Shown: positions 1 through 13,705, counted from the stretch's first letter. The stretch: 64,000 bases of DNA from an uncultured virus (IMG/VR IMGVR_UViG_3300032007_000021) (IMGVR_UViG_3300032007_000021), one strand, 5' to 3'. Program-made: numbers and translations. Notes: generated by a model not told the origin, from the letters alone.

Positions 1-52
1 TCAATGCTTTAATTATGTTTATCGGAGAAATATACATTCAAAAATTCCTTCC

Positions 53-802
53 TTACTACATTCTCTAAGGATTCTTACTTGGCATTAATTCCGGAGGGGC
101 AAAATGACTTATTCCATTTGCTTTCCATCTCAATCCCGGTATTCTTGCATTATATATAGTAAGTTGATATATCTATTTCCTCGCTTCCTATATATATTTA
201 CTTACTGCTTCTGTTTGATTCGGCTATAAATTTTGAAACTATGATTGTAACAACAATCCTGCTGTCCATTGCAAAGCGGTTAATCTTATTTTTCCGGGAA
301 ACACTTTCTCTAATGTCCCATCTGGATTTACTCTATTATATCTTCTTACAGGAACAAAATAATACTACTATAAATATGAATCAATATGACCATTCACTAA
401 TTTCATATATTTTTCAACCATTTCATTTGTGATTTTACACAATTTTCCGTTTCCAATATTCAAAGATTTACAAAACAACAAAACATCATTGACTGTTCCG
501 GCATAATATTCAAAACTCCAAGTCTCATCTCCATTTTGTTCTATACCAAAATTACTGTTTCCTTTATTAATAATTACACTATAAGGTTTTTGTTGTGTTG
601 GTAAATACTATTCGTTAAAAGTAATTTGAATTGTATCATCATCTATATACTTCACCTATAAAACAGCATACTAATTGTTTTCATCATAAATTTGACAAAA
701 AACATACCCGTTAAACAAATGTTTAACGGTTAAAACATTAGCTTCCCATGTATAAGAATAATACGTTCCTGTATAATTTTCATCAGTAACTTCTATCAAC
801 AT
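53..802 (-). CDS. hypothetical, probable virion/head-completion protein (TAG read-through)
   Basis: ATG at 802, open to TAA at 53-55 when TAG is sense (249 aa); start overlaps the TGA of the upstream gene. Confidence 0.6.
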
Positions 803-1236
803 AAATCAAATTCTCCAAACTTAAAATTCATTTGTTTTGGATTGTTTCTTATTTCTTTTTGCCAAACGGTATCATTATCCATAATCTTCTATAATTTATT
901 CTTATCAAAACTCGGTATTCTTTCAAAAATCTGTTTCGCATATTTAGGCATCTTATTGAAACATATTTGTATTTGTTTTGAAGTCAGAAAATTTTTATTA
1001 TTATACCACTTACAAATACTTGTTAATATCTCCGCATCATTACCAGTAAATCCAACATTATTCAAATCTCTTGTAATATTCTATTCTTTTTCTTCAGGTG
1101 TCTGTTGTTCGCAAATAACTTGCAAGGCTCTTAACAACCATCTCTTATCTGTCATCAACTTATATTTCAAATAAGCTATCATCTATTTTTTAAAATACTA
1201 TGCCGTTATTTCTTTTGCAATTTTAAATATATTCAT
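796..1236 (-). CDS. hypothetical protein with KIAKE-type N-terminus
   Basis: RBS GGAG, MNIFKIAKEITA*YFKK*...RALQVICEQQTPEE...NNVGFTGNDAEILTS; ends TGA. Confidence 0.65.
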
Positions 1237-1246
1237 ACTTAACTCC

Positions 1247-2071
1247 TCATATATTCAAAGAATCTCCACCACTACGGAAAATTCCACTGTTAATTTTCAA
1301 TCCTCTTATTCTTGTACTATTATAAGTTCCATGCTAACTTGTTCTCAATCCGTTTCCAATCATCAACGCCCTATAATATGCAGGAGTTGGCTTTTTAAGC
1401 ATTTGCGGACTTCTAAAAGTAGGATTATCCAACGTTCTATAAGCCCTATCCTCACAATTTCTTTTCAAAGTCTATAATTGACCAACAATATCTCCACTTC
1501 CTCCGTATAAATTCTAACTGCTTATCGCGTAAATCAATCTACCTTTCCAAATATCATAATCTAACAATAATTTTTCAAAACATTGTGCTAATGCCAAATC
1601 TGCAATAATCGGATCATAACTTGTAGGAGCATCTTCCAAAGTATAATTTGTAACTCCTCCTTGTCCTGCTGTATTAACTGTTCCTAACGCTCTCAAAATA
1701 TATCCTTTCAACACAAAAGCAGGAAAATAATTGAAACTATAACTCACTTGCACATTATCTGCCGGAGTCAACTAAAAATTCATCTTTATTTTTCCATTCA
1801 AATAATCAACCACATACATTTCAGGATTCAATGCTGTCTATGATCCATTCAAAAACACTTCAGGCTAAAATGCTTCATTCCAATTTTGATAATGAAACTT
1901 ATAAGTATCTCCACTGACTTGTTGTTGAACTCTTGTACCTGTTTCATAATACACTTTTAATTGCATATATTCAATCAATAAAGAACTCATCATAGAATTA
2001 ATTATATAATCAACTCTATCCTATCCTGTATTATAATAACTTACAACTGTTCCTGGGAAAACCTAAGACAT
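1247..2071 (-). CDS. putative virion structural protein
   Basis: AGGAG RBS, MS*VFPG...; contains ORF 1514..1771 in frame; ends TGA; 274 aa. Confidence 0.6.
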
Positions 2072-2168
2072 ATCAATCTCCTTAATTTATTTGCTCTATT
2101 AAGGTTGAATATAAACAAATATTTTCAAAAAATATAACACTTGATTTAAAACCAAGTGTTATAAAAAC

Positions 2169-2438
2169 TTAATTCATTTTTAACTTCGGATTTTTGCTTC
2201 TCCAATATTCCTATCCTCTTTTACCACTATCAATATTTTTCTGCGTCATCATATTTCTGTATTTCTATGCCGCAGTTGGAGGCAAATATCCTTCTCCCCA
2301 ATTAAAATTTCCGTAACCTAATTTTCTTTTTGCTTTTTTTCCATCTTCTGTTACAATTTCTTTTGGACACTAACCACACTTGAAAAATTTATTAATCTAT
2401 TCCCCAGTTTCCTAAACAACAAATTTATACAATATCAT
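2169..2438 (-). CDS. small hypothetical protein
   Basis: ATGA overlap with upstream gene; MILYKFVV*ETGE*INKFFKCG*CP...; ends TAA. Confidence 0.55.
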
Positions 2439-3070
2439 TTTTGTTCTTCTTTCATCTTCTTTTGATTTTCTTCACTTTCTTTTTTTCTTTTATTCGCTCT
2501 CTATTTCGCTTTTATTTCAGCTTCTTTCTTGTCTTTATTTGCTGTTATACTTGCAACAACCTTTGACTATCCGTTTATATCTTGTAACATTTCATTATCT
2601 GAAATCTATCCATTTGTACTTACTTTTATCTTAACACCGTCTATCTCTTCAACTTTTTCAATGTTTTTAGTTTTATCTTCAACCAATTTCATACCACGAA
2701 TTTTTTTTGTATTTTCGTCATCATCTTCTTTTTTTGTTTCAACCTTTTCTTTTTTAGGAACTTCTAACATTTCCATACTATCTTCATCAGATAAAAACAC
2801 CTTCATCTTTTCCCTTTTTTCCTCTTGCTTCTTTTTCTACAAAATCTCATCTTGTTTATCGTATTCAATCACAGAATCTTTTGTCTTTTCTTTGAAAAAT
2901 CCATTCTTTAAACAAATATTAAAATCAGACAAATCAGTTATCTTTTCCCCGGCTATTTCAATATATTTTTCTTCCTTATTCTAAACAAACAACACTTCGC
3001 AACCTTTTTTTATCGTTCTTTTTAAACCACCCATGTGAATCTGCCGATCAGAATAATAAATCTTTTTCAT
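2435..3070 (-). CDS. charged hypothetical protein
   Basis: GGAG RBS, ATG 3070, includes ORF 2606..2806, ends TGA; 211 aa. Confidence 0.6.
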
Positions 3071-3115
3071 TTTACTTCTCCCCTAATTTTACTTTTTACG
3101 TTTTATTGTTATATA

Positions 3116-3853
3116 TCAATCAATCTTCCGATTTTGCAAATATAAATCGTGGACACAAACTTTACACTGATTACATTTTACTCCATTAAACTACAATCCT
3201 TTTACTTGCCCATTAAAGGTATCTAACACTTCCTAACATGTATTTAATATTGTTTCTTGTAAAGAAATAAACATATCCAAAACAGCAACAAATCTTTGCT
3301 CATTATTTGAATACAAATAACCATTTGAAAAAATGGTATTCAAATTTGTATAAAACATCTATCTATTTGGACTTATCTCTTCTTCCACTTGATTCATGAT
3401 AAACACAGGCATTCCCTACTATAAACAAGCCTATCTCCATTCATTATGAGATTTTCTCAACAAGGTACATAATTTCACTTTATATGAATATTTGTCGTCA
3501 TCAACATGTTCCTACAACATAAACTTACTTAACGCATCCAAAAACATTTTTATCTTCAACGAAAATATCTTTTTAAACATATATTTTCTCAATTCACAAG
3601 AACAATTAATGCTCTATATCCGTACATTCAACAAATAATTCAATTTCAAAAACAAAAACTATTTATTAAACTTCTCTGGATTATGCTTGAATAAAGTTTC
3701 AACAGAAACAATATTTAAAATGAAATTTTTTACCTTTTCTATTATCTTCCCGGAAAATACATACAAAAGTATTAATATCATACCAAGTACAATTGTAGTA
3801 AATACTCCGTAATTAGAAATAAGGTAAATCAAAAGCTCTTTTAAAGAATCCAT
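3116..3853 (-). CDS. membrane-anchored hypothetical protein (N-terminal TM helix)
   Basis: ORF 3659..3853 continues through several TAGs to TGA; hydrophobic segment YGVFTTIVLGMILILLYVF. Confidence 0.6.
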
Positions 3854-3876
3854 TGTATCACCTCATTTCTTATTAA

Positions 3877-4134
3877 TTATGAAAATATGTTTTCTTTTAT
3901 AATTTCTTTGATTTCAGCTCTTTTCCAAGAATATTGTTTGGGTTCTACTAAAGTCTTTCCATTTTTATAATCGTTCAACAATTTATCTATTTCTTCTTGA
4001 CTTAATTTTGTTTCAAAAACAAAATATACTATTTTTTTCCTATAACCCTATACCTTTTCAATGCCCTTCATCTAAAAATCTCCAAGAGTCCACAAAAATG
4101 TTGCATACTATGAATCCTTAGTTCTTATCTACAT
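3877..4134 (-). CDS. small hypothetical protein (DUF5659-like)
   Basis: GGGAG RBS then ATG TAG; M*IRTKDS*YATFLW...YIFVFE...YKNGKTLVEPK; ends TAA. Confidence 0.55.
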
Positions 4135-4283
4135 TTATTATCTCCCTATATCAAAATGATTTATCGTCTTTACACTTTCATAAATATACTTATTTACAAC
4201 CATTTCTTCTATTTATTATTCTTACCAAATAAATTTTGCTTCATAAAAACAAAAGATATAAAGATTTTATTCTGAAAAAACAA

Positions 4284-4312
4284 AAAGGACAGGGAATTTT
4301 CCCTGTCCTTAA
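4284..4312 (-). terminator. Rho-independent terminator
   Basis: aaggacaggga/tccctgtcctt inverted repeat with T-run on minus strand, downstream of the 4339 gene. Confidence 0.7.
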
Positions 4313-4338
4313 ATTTAAATCAATCTATCAAAAATTGA

Positions 4339-5379
4339 TTATGCAACAGTCGGCTTGGTGAATCTGGCCTTCACTATCTTCCAAGTACCAGACGCAGACT
4401 CATCAAAGTTAGCTGTTAAGGTAGCTTTGCCAGCACTGTACTGAATATCGGGATAAATCACGTTGCCCTGTTCATCTTTCACATACAAAATCTGAATACC
4501 AGATTCAGAAATATCAACAGAAGCAACTTTGTCAACTGTAGCAAAAGCCTTTGTATCTTCAGCAAAACTGAAAATCTCCAAATCTTCAACAGTTGTCTCA
4601 ATATTGCCAACTTTAGTCTTGAGATCGGAAATAGAGGCATCAACCGCTGTTTTCCATGTTTCAAGAGCGTTTAATCTGTAATAAACAGTTCCAGAAGCAG
4701 GATCAGCAGAATCACCCAAAGCAGTCTTGATAGCGCTGATTGAAGCCTCAACAATATCAATCTGTCCATCAACATAACCCTTTGAAGCAATCGCAGTATT
4801 GTTAACTTCAAGCTCACTATTTGAAAATTCAAGAGACGTAATACCAGTAACATTACCGATATTCGCAATATTTAAAGTGATATTTCCATTAGCATCCGCT
4901 GTTTGGCTGTTAACACTCACCACATTGCCAGCAGGAACATACAATTTCTTGTAGTCTGTATCAGCAATACTTGATGTCGCAACAGTATTCACAAACATAT
5001 AAGTACCGCAAATACTGTTCGCTCTCTACACTGTAGATTCAGCATTCTTCGTGATTATAACAACATCACCACTTTGCACTTCAGCAACACCACCAATAGC
5101 TGCCTTTAACAACTGCACAACAGTAGATGTTCCATCATCAACCGTGGTATAAACCTGAGTGATCGCTAAATCAGGAAGAATCGAAGTAACAAGCTTGCTG
5201 TTACTATCTAAATAATTGGCTTTCGCCATATAAGTAGCACTTAAATCAGCAATCTTACTTGCTTTTATCAAACTGTTTGATACATAGTCTTCAGTGGCCA
5301 TATAACCTTTTGCTGTAACCCATGTCTCTGTTGCGTACTTGACACCACTAAATGTTTTCGCGGAATTAATTCTCGGCAT
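4339..5379 (-). CDS. virion fibre-like structural protein
   Basis: ORFs 5026..5379 and 4339..4998 are in frame across one TAG (ESTV*RANS); coiled-coil heptads; 346 aa. Confidence 0.65.
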
Positions 5380-5498
5380 TTAAACTTTCTCCTTTGTTAA
5401 TTAACTGTTAAAACGAAAATCTTACTTTTAAAGTATGATTTCTCCATTATTTTTTTTATAAACGAAAAATTCTTGAATTTGACCTTTTATTTATCTAT

Positions 5499-5882
5499 TT
5501 ATTCGCTTTTTTTGAAAATTTCTTTTTCCGTTACATCCTATATTTTTACTTTTTTGGTAGGCGTTCCTGTCCTCAAATGCTCTATAAACAAATCAAAATC
5601 TTTTTCTCCAAAAGTGAATTTCCATAATTTTACTTTCGGTTGTTTGGCAAAAGCAGTTTTTCCATATTTCTATAAATTATCAATATCAATCTATCCAGTT
5701 TGAGAAACAACACCTAATTCTTGACCCATTGGTATTAATTGTTCCAAATTTTTCTAAAATTTAATTGTCCCAGCTCCCAATCCAAAATACATTAACCACT
5801 TATCTAAATCTGATGTCAAATTAGGTTGCATAAACTTCTATACAAAACTCCAACATCCAAGCTAAAAATCTTTAATATTCAT
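5499..5882 (-). CDS. hypothetical protein
   Basis: AGGAG RBS; MNIKDF*LGCWSFV*KF...; ends TAA; 127 aa. Confidence 0.6.
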
Positions 5883-5969
5883 TTTTCTTTCTCCTATTTA
5901 TTAAATAAATATGGGAGCTATCGAAATATTTCATATAACTCCCATAAGTTTTGATTTGTATTACTCAAC

Positions 5970-6290
5970 TCACAAACTGGATACAATACCTCTAAGTATT
6001 CCATTCACCGTGGATGGATATACTCGATATATCGTTCCTGCTGTAAGATCAGCTACAGTAACTAAAGCACCATTACTTGCTGAAACCAATGGTATAGAAC
6101 CACCACACGATTTACCAAGTAACTAAACAGTGTTTGTAGTTGTAGAACTAAGAGACATTGGCTGAATTAAAAAGCCACACTCTTTATATTTGCAAGTCGT
6201 ATAAGCACACATCCTGCAATTATCACAAGGTGCTAAATAATCCGCTGTTCCCAATGTTCCAGCATAATAAAGAATCAGAGGACAATCCAT
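5970..6290 (-). CDS. Cys-rich hypothetical protein
   Basis: GAGG RBS; MDCPLILYYAG...; one TAG; ends TGA. Confidence 0.55.
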
Positions 6291-6816
6291 GATTCACCTC
6301 TCTTTCTTTATTGCTGTACTGCACTTGCACAAGAACAACCGCATCCTGAATTACAAACCGATGTTGACGGTATATATACCTTTGTGAAACTATTTACCGT
6401 TGTAGCTAACGCCTGTATCGCATTATTAGCATTGGTTAAGCCCATGTTAACAAGATTTGCCTGATTTGCCAATCTTTCATCATAGTTTTGATTTGACAAC
6501 TGTATCTGTTTCTATAAACAACCAAGTTTGTTTTCAAGACCATACAGCTTTTTGTCCTATTCCATTATGAAACCATACAACTTTTCATTCATTGCAATAG
6601 TTTCATCTTTTTGGGCATGAACAGCTAAATCGGTATATTTTTCTCCCTACATCTTAGCAAGTTGTGCCTTTAATGTCATTATTTCTTGCATTTGTTCATT
6701 ACAATTATTGTTTTTGTTTCCAAGACCTCCACCAAGCAAGCCTCCCATGCCACCAGCAAGACCTAATCCACCAATAACTGTACCGATTATAGTTAATTAA
6801 AACATATAAAAATATT

Positions 6817-8019
6817 TTAATTTTGTTTTACATAAAGGACTATAGGCTCTTTACCATCAATATTCCAATAAAAACCAACATTATTATCATATTGATGACG
6901 ATTTCCAAAAGAGATTTCTCTTAATGGTAAAGATAAATTAACAGAAGCATTCATATCAGCATCCATTGTATTGCCACAATGTTTACATGTGAATATCTTT
7001 CCGTTTCTATTATCTTTTCTCGTGTATCCGCATTTGCTACACCTTTGAGAAGTGTAAACTGGTGAAAGCTTCTTTATTTGGACACCAACATCAGAAGCTT
7101 TACCATCTAAAATTTTAAACAATTCGGCATAATTCCAAGATTGCATATTTCTTCTGTTTCTTTTAAATTTTCTTATGTTTTTTATATTCTATCTTTGTAA
7201 AACACCAACATCATTCCAACTTATTTGATTTACACACCAATGTAAAAAATTTGTTCGATGCCTTTGTGTTCTTTTAAATGATTTACTACCTTTTTTCTTT
7301 CTTGCAAGAACATTACAAATTTTTTGATATGTCCACCCGTCTTTATCTTTTCCAATCTGTTGTCCATTAGAACAACTTAATGTATCTTTCAGACCTATAT
7401 CTATTCCGAGTGTTTTTGTGCCTTTAGATTTTATTTCAGGAAATTCAAACATAAAAGTTATATTTTCTTTTGAAAGCCGAATAAAATTTTTTAATTTTCC
7501 ACCTTTAAATATCATTTTATTGAAATGTTTTGTCTTTTTTACAGGAATTTGTATTTTTTGTTTGTTTCCTATTGAAGAAATTGTAACCCAACCATCAAAC
7601 GAACTTTTATTGTTCCAATCAAAAGAAATAAATCTAGAATCTAATTCTATTTCAATTTCATCTAATGAAGGAATAGAGATTTTTGTTTCATCATATATCT
7701 TTTGAATTTTTCTTGCTTTATCAAAATTTCCTTCCTATAACAATCTATCTATAACAAATCTCCTATTGTTTTGTTTCTTTTTTGTTCCGAAAACAATAGC
7801 AGAGGCTTGTTTTCCAGCACATTGTATCATTCTTGCAGACAACCATGTTTTTATTTGTGAACAAAGAGATTTATCAACCATTCTGTTTATTTTTTGTTTC
7901 CCCCACAAGATGAATATAAATTGTTTCATTACATTTTTATATTCATCAACTAAAACAGAAATTTCTTCTGTTCTATGATGATTACAAAATTTTAACGATA
8001 CTTTTGTACTTTTAATCAT
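6817..8019 (-). CDS. tnpB: TnpB RNA-guided nuclease, 400 aa with 2 in-frame TAG
   Basis: three ORF fragments in one frame; RuvC-I LGIDIG, RuvC-II QR*NI, Zn finger CSKC/CKHC, RuvC-III DADMNAS. Confidence 0.85.
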
Positions 8020-8590
8020 CTTTTTTCAACTCTTCTATTATTTTTTCAGTTTTTCTTTTACTTCTTCTCAAACCATATATTCTTGCACAAAAACAAGTAA
8101 CAAGATTTATAAAATCTTGCATCAAATCATTTTCTAAATCTTCTGTTTCGTTAACAACTACAATTTCACACTCCGGATAAAGTTCTTTAATAAAATTAAA
8201 TCCAAATCTTGTTAATCTGTCTTTATGTTCAACAACAATTCTTGTGGCCTTCCTTTCATTAAATATCTTTTGTAATTTTGGCCTTTTATCATTCAAACCA
8301 CTTGCACATTCTTTTATAACTTCATTTATTTTCCAACCATTTGCCTCACAAAATTGTTCCAATCTTTTTGCTTGACTATCTAAATTTGACTTGTTTTCAC
8401 TAGAACTAACTCTCGCATAAATTACCGTATATTCTGCTTTATTTTTTTTAACCTTATTTTCTTCTGGAACAACAATTGTTCCAGAAGGTAATTGATATGC
8501 TCCTTCTATTTGTCCTCTTTTAAACATATTATGAGCAGTAATATATGTAACGCCTATAATTTTTGCATATTTACTTAATTTCATTTTCAA
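8012..8590 (-). CDS. tnpA: IS607 serine recombinase TnpA
   Basis: N-terminal HTH, YARVSS, VEHKDRLTRFG. Confidence 0.9.
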   Translation of the reverse strand: MKMKLSKYAKIIGVTYITAHNMFKRGQIEGAYQLPSGTIVVPEENKVKKNKAEYTVIYARVSSSENKSNLDSQAKRLEQFCEANGWKINEVIKECASGLNDKRPKLQKIFNERKATRIVVEHKDRLTRFGFNFIKELYPECEIVVVNETEDLENDLMQDFINLVTCFCARIYGLRRSKRKTEKIIEELKKDD

Positions 8591-9006
8591 ACTCCTTTTT
8601 TACTTATATAAAAATATAAATAAAAAATTATACTTTTGGACAAATTATTACAAATTTTTAAATTTCTTTAATAAACATTTCATACCAAGAGCTGTTGTAC
8701 CAGCCCCGGCTTTCCATCTGTCATCATCGTAACTATGCCAAACATGTTGCGCGTTTTCAACTTCCATTTTTAATAACTCCTTGTATTAAATTATGTCCTA
8801 TATTAAAGAATGTCATAATTCCGGACTTAAATTATGGCATCAGTAAAGCTCCTATGCTTTACATTAATTTCAAACATCCTTTGTTCTTTGTTCCATCATT
8901 AGAACATATCTTGCAAAAGATTAATAAATTATTTTGTTTTTAATCTTTTGAAATTCATAAATTATTGATAGATATTCATTTTTGTAAACATCTCTTTATC
9001 AAAAAA

Positions 9007-10293
9007 TCACCCTTTATTTTTTTTAAACTATGGAATTGTATTTATCATGTCGATAACCATTTTCGAAGTTATCATTTTTGTACATTCAAATTTTTCCACA
9101 TCTTTAATTTTTCTTGGACACCATAAATAATTATGATGATCGAATTTCTATCTCGGATCATTCCAACATCCATGACAACATTTCATGTATTGCACTCTAT
9201 AAGGCGTATAAAACTCATTATAAGGTTCTGTAAAGCCAACAATCATAACAACAGGTATTTTACAACACCAAGCTATCCAAGACAAGCCAGAAGTCAATCC
9301 TATAAAAAAATCAGCATCTTTTATTAAATCAACTCTCTATTGCAAAGATATATCTCCTGTAAAATCCTAACATCCGTATGGAATTTTATTCCAAACAAGT
9401 CCATTTCCAACCTCATGCTACTTATCTATGCAAAGCACCCTATATCCGTTATCTTTCAAATATTGAATAATCTACCTCCAACCAGCAGGATTATTCCATA
9501 ACTTAGCATAAGATGTAGCTTGCGCGGATATAACCACATATTTTTCTTTAATTTTTCTTTTGGCACTCAAATCAAATTTTGGAGGCATTTCCTACAAATC
9601 TTTTCCTGACAACCCTAAAATATATCCACAAGTTTCATGCAAACCGCACAAATGGAAATCAACTGGTTGATGATCTGTATCACCATTGAAAAACAAACCT
9701 ATTCTATAGGTGGCATAAAACGATATGTTTTTAGCCTACTATACATCTATAAAATGTATATTAGGATAATTATTACAAACAAGCTCTTTAATAGGCTTAA
9801 ACATCGTTACATACAACTAACAATTATGCTTTTTTTGAAATCTATCTACATAACTGAACCAAGCAATAGCATCACCAATCGTTCCTTGAGCTATTTGTAC
9901 CAAAACCTTCTTTTTCTACAAATTCATCGTATGACTAAATATCTCTTTTTTTGTATCAACATCTTTTATACAAAATCTATATTTTATGAAATATTTTTTC
10001 TTGCTGATAATCCACATTCCAGGATTTACAATTCCAGAAAACAAAATCGCATTTGTTTCATCATCAAAAAAAGAAACTTCATATTTTTTATCTGATCTAA
10101 ACAACTTGATTCTTAAACCATCATTAAAATCATAACGAATATCCTAAACAGCCTAACAAACAGGAATAGACGGTGCTAAAATAAAAGTTGACTTCTTTTT
10201 ATCTATTTCAACACTTGATTTGTTTTTCAAATCACTATTATTGGGAAATATACTAATATCCTTATGTTCATTATTCTAAAATGAATACTACAT
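9007..10293 (-). CDS. Aah/TibC-type protein O-heptosyltransferase (GT-B glycosyltransferase)
   Basis: 428 aa with TAG read-through; IRYDFNDGLRI, GTIGDAIAWF, FFIGLTSGLSW, CHGCWND, WCPR, FECTK motifs. Confidence 0.8.
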
Positions 10294-10310
10294 TTATTAC
10301 TCCTACTGAA

Positions 10311-12230
10311 TTAACTTGAAAATGGGCCTGTTATAATATTCCCATCTATATATATCGCACAACCACTTTCCACTTGTAATGAACCTATTGTACAATTATT
10401 TGCGCTTATCAATGCTGTTGTACTATCTCCTGTTGTTCTACACTCCAAATAACTAATTGATGTATTGGAAATCACATAATTTCCACCTTCATTACCAGAA
10501 GGTGTAATCATACTTGTAACTAAACAATCAACCATAGAATTATCCCCTCCACCACTTATTCCAGCCATAGAAAGATAATCTATCGTACAACCAGAAATCA
10601 TTGATTTGGGAATACCAACCACACTTGTATAACTCCCATAATTACCAGAACCATACATTGAAACAACTATGTAACCAGCATCAAAATTTACATAATTACA
10701 ATTATCCAATATACAATAAGGATAATTTCCAAACATTTGAGTGATTGAACAATTACTCCCCTCAACATTACTCAAATAAACACTACCAGAACAAACAAAC
10801 AAAACATTATCTATATTCCCAGATATTATATTAATATTACTACACATACTTGTGTTAAACTCAGACAATAAATATGTTGACAAACTAACAAAAGATATAT
10901 TGTTACAACTAACATTATCACCAATCAATAACACACTACTCACTTCACAACCCTATAATATCACAGAAGATGAATTATAAAAAGTATCTGTCGTAAAATC
11001 ACTATCCGGATAGGAAGACCAACTAATATTAGCGTCATTTTTTATATCAATATAATCAGCATCAACACCAGATAAATAGGCAGGGGCGTTTTTTATAACT
11101 ATATTCCCTCCTGATGTCAAACCTTTTATTATCGTTGGTAACTATGTATCTATGTCTATAGATACAACTACATTGCTTATATAAGACGATATTCTTGAAA
11201 CATTATCAAATCGAACAAAAGAATCAGGATTAAAAACAGCATTATCCATTCCTACAATTATATCATTACAGAAACAACAACTATTAAAAATTAATTTTTC
11301 AGGTCTGTAATCTGTCGGTCTATCAAATAGTCCTCCCTATATATATCCTCCATATATATGACCAGTAGCAATAACACTACTACTATTTTTATTAGTATAT
11401 CCACTGTTAATAGACAAATTATCTATATCTGCATCCAAAAAACAACTGCAACTATTCAAACTAACACTTGACAAAGCACTAATGTTTCTATCACTTGATA
11501 ATACAAATTTACAAGCATTGGCATTTATACTTGTAGCATCCTGCATATCATCATTTCTTAAAAGCATTCCACCGGAAAATGAAACTTGACTGGTTTGGCT
11601 ATCAGTTGTAAATATACCTATTGTCGTATTAGATATATTAATAGAACGAGAAGCCGCATAACAACTCATTCCCATGTTGGATATTTCACAATCTTGAATA
11701 ACAGCATACATATTTGCAGCAACATACATATCTTGTACAAAACAATTAGACATCATCATCGTAACATGTTTAACTGAAGCTGAAGAAATCTAATTACTGT
11801 TAACTAATTGTAAGTTTATACTGTTGGCAGAAACCTATACCATATTTAAGTTTGCTACTGTCCAATTCTCTATTCCTAAATTAGTTGCAGTACAACTAAT
11901 TAAATTAGCATCTATTTGAGCCGATCCATAACTATCATTTATATTATAAACCGCATTATATTTAGGAATATTACAATCAGAAAAAGTTACATTCCTTGCA
12001 GAATCATAATCCATAAACTAATTAGAATATGTACAACCATAAACTGTCTATGTATTATAATTATTACTAACAACACCTTGACCTCCTCCTGTCGGCAAAG
12101 ACTATATTATCTACCCATAAGAAACAAAAGGTGTCTATGCAGTTATTTGTCCTCCTTTAGAGGATATAGCATCATATATATTTTGTTTACTTGCTATTGC
12201 CGCAGATAATTTTTCTACTGTTGTTCCCAT
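10311..12230 (-). CDS. Ser/Asn/Cys-rich beta-helix-like tail spike/fibre protein
   Basis: 639 aa joining ORFs 11337..11759 and 10311..10943 in frame; repetitive beta-strand pattern. Confidence 0.6.
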
Positions 12231-12246
12231 AACTTTTTTCTCTTTA

Positions 12247-12849
12247 TTAAATAATTTCTCCGTTTAATTCATCCAACAAACTATTAATATCACCAATCAT
12301 TCCACTTAAACCACTAACAGAACTACTTAATCCACTAATAGATGAGTTGTTACTATTTACTGTTTCGTTTAATCCACTACCTTCACTTCCTGGAAAGGCA
12401 TCATTAGATGTATAACCCAAAGACAAAATATTTGCTTCTTGTTCTCCAATTATTATTACTCCGCTACTTATTTTACAATCCGTTATCCCATATCCTGATA
12501 ATGTACTGGGATTATTCGTAATCTATGCAAAACTATAATCTGGTTTTGATGATTGTAAAGCCCATTCAGGAACATCTGGTATATCTGAAGTATTAGCAAA
12601 TCCGGCAGAACTAACAGCACTTGATAAACCTGATATTGTCTGATACCTACTTTCAGTATATTCAGATGTTAAAACAGTTACAGAAGAATTACCAATTACA
12701 ATAGTTTCTCCATTTATCACACAATCACTTATCCCATAACCCGATAATGTTGTTGCCTTTTCTGCTTTAGAATCCAAAGAAGTCCTTGCACCAATATCTT
12801 TTAAGCTATAAGTCTGTCCTCCAACTGTAATTGTTCCTATATTTGCCAT
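12247..12849 (-). CDS. tail fibre-associated protein
   Basis: two TLSGYGI(S/T)D repeats typical of fibres; C-terminal IGDINSLLDELNGEII. Confidence 0.65.
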
Positions 12850-12874
12850 ATTTTACTCCTACAAAAACATGAAA

Positions 12875-13705
12875 TTACAAAATTTCGTTTATAGAATCAA
12901 AGGTCTTTTGTTCGTTAAAAGATATGTTTTTATCTCCTTTCATAACAATTCCACCCTACTAAACAACAATATCTTCAACAACACCATTATGATAAATAAA
13001 TTTACCACCATCTTTGATAGTTAATTTATTAACCTTTCCTCCTTCCATAGTAACAATTCCCTTTACAGTCAAATTATAAATCACATCTTCTTCTTCCAAA
13101 GTTACATTACTGTTTTTCTAAACAACATAATCTCTAAAACTGTATTCCGTCTCTTCACTAAAATTATCTATCAATTCATATCTTTTTACAATTTGTGAAA
13201 ATGTATTGTCAACAGTTTCTCTGAAATTTGAAATAAACTACTTGTTTTGTAATTGTTCCTATGTCATTTGTAAAATCTGATTGTTAAAATAACTTTCATA
13301 CATAAACGATTGAGCAATCATATTAAATCCGAATTTATACAAATTCAAAAACTGATCTTTTGTCAATAAAACAGAAGTAGGAACACCATCCACATAACTT
13401 TTCCAATATTCTTGTGTTTTCTATGTGTCCAAATCAAAAGATGTTTTTGTTGCTTGCCACATTGTTATAGAATCACCATCAGAATCTATCAAATAATCAA
13501 TTCCATCTTTCACCAAAACAAAACCTTCATAAGCATATTCACATTTTTTCTTATACATCTCTTCATATAACTATTCTTTTGTCGGATCAGGAATAGGTGG
13601 ATATACACATCTCCATTTTCCATCTTCTGTTTCTTCAACTATCATCCCATGACCATTTGCATAGTCAACTGCCTAAAATCTTTTATTAAATATTATATCA
13701 TTCAT
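12875..13705 (-). CDS. tail fibre assembly-like protein with C-terminal GG beta-repeats
   Basis: GGAGG RBS; 276 aa; immediately downstream of the fibre gene; MEGGKVNKLTIKDGG repeats. Confidence 0.55.

Larger units (their letters stand above)
6789..8681 (-). mobile_element. IS607-family element 1 (tnpA + tnpB)
   Basis: serine recombinase plus TnpB; ends defined by the interrupted gene, with TAT shared at both junctions. Confidence 0.85.
6308..8767 (-). pseudogene. Gly-rich phage protein split by IS607 element 1
   Basis: 5' part MEVENAQH...AGAGTTALG (8767-8684) joins in frame with IIGTVIGGLGLAGG... (6790-6308) once the IS is removed. Confidence 0.7.

Noticed and set aside
6789..8681. IStron (intron-IS hybrid)
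   Set aside because: Only about 90 nt between the left end and tnpA, and no group I core motifs
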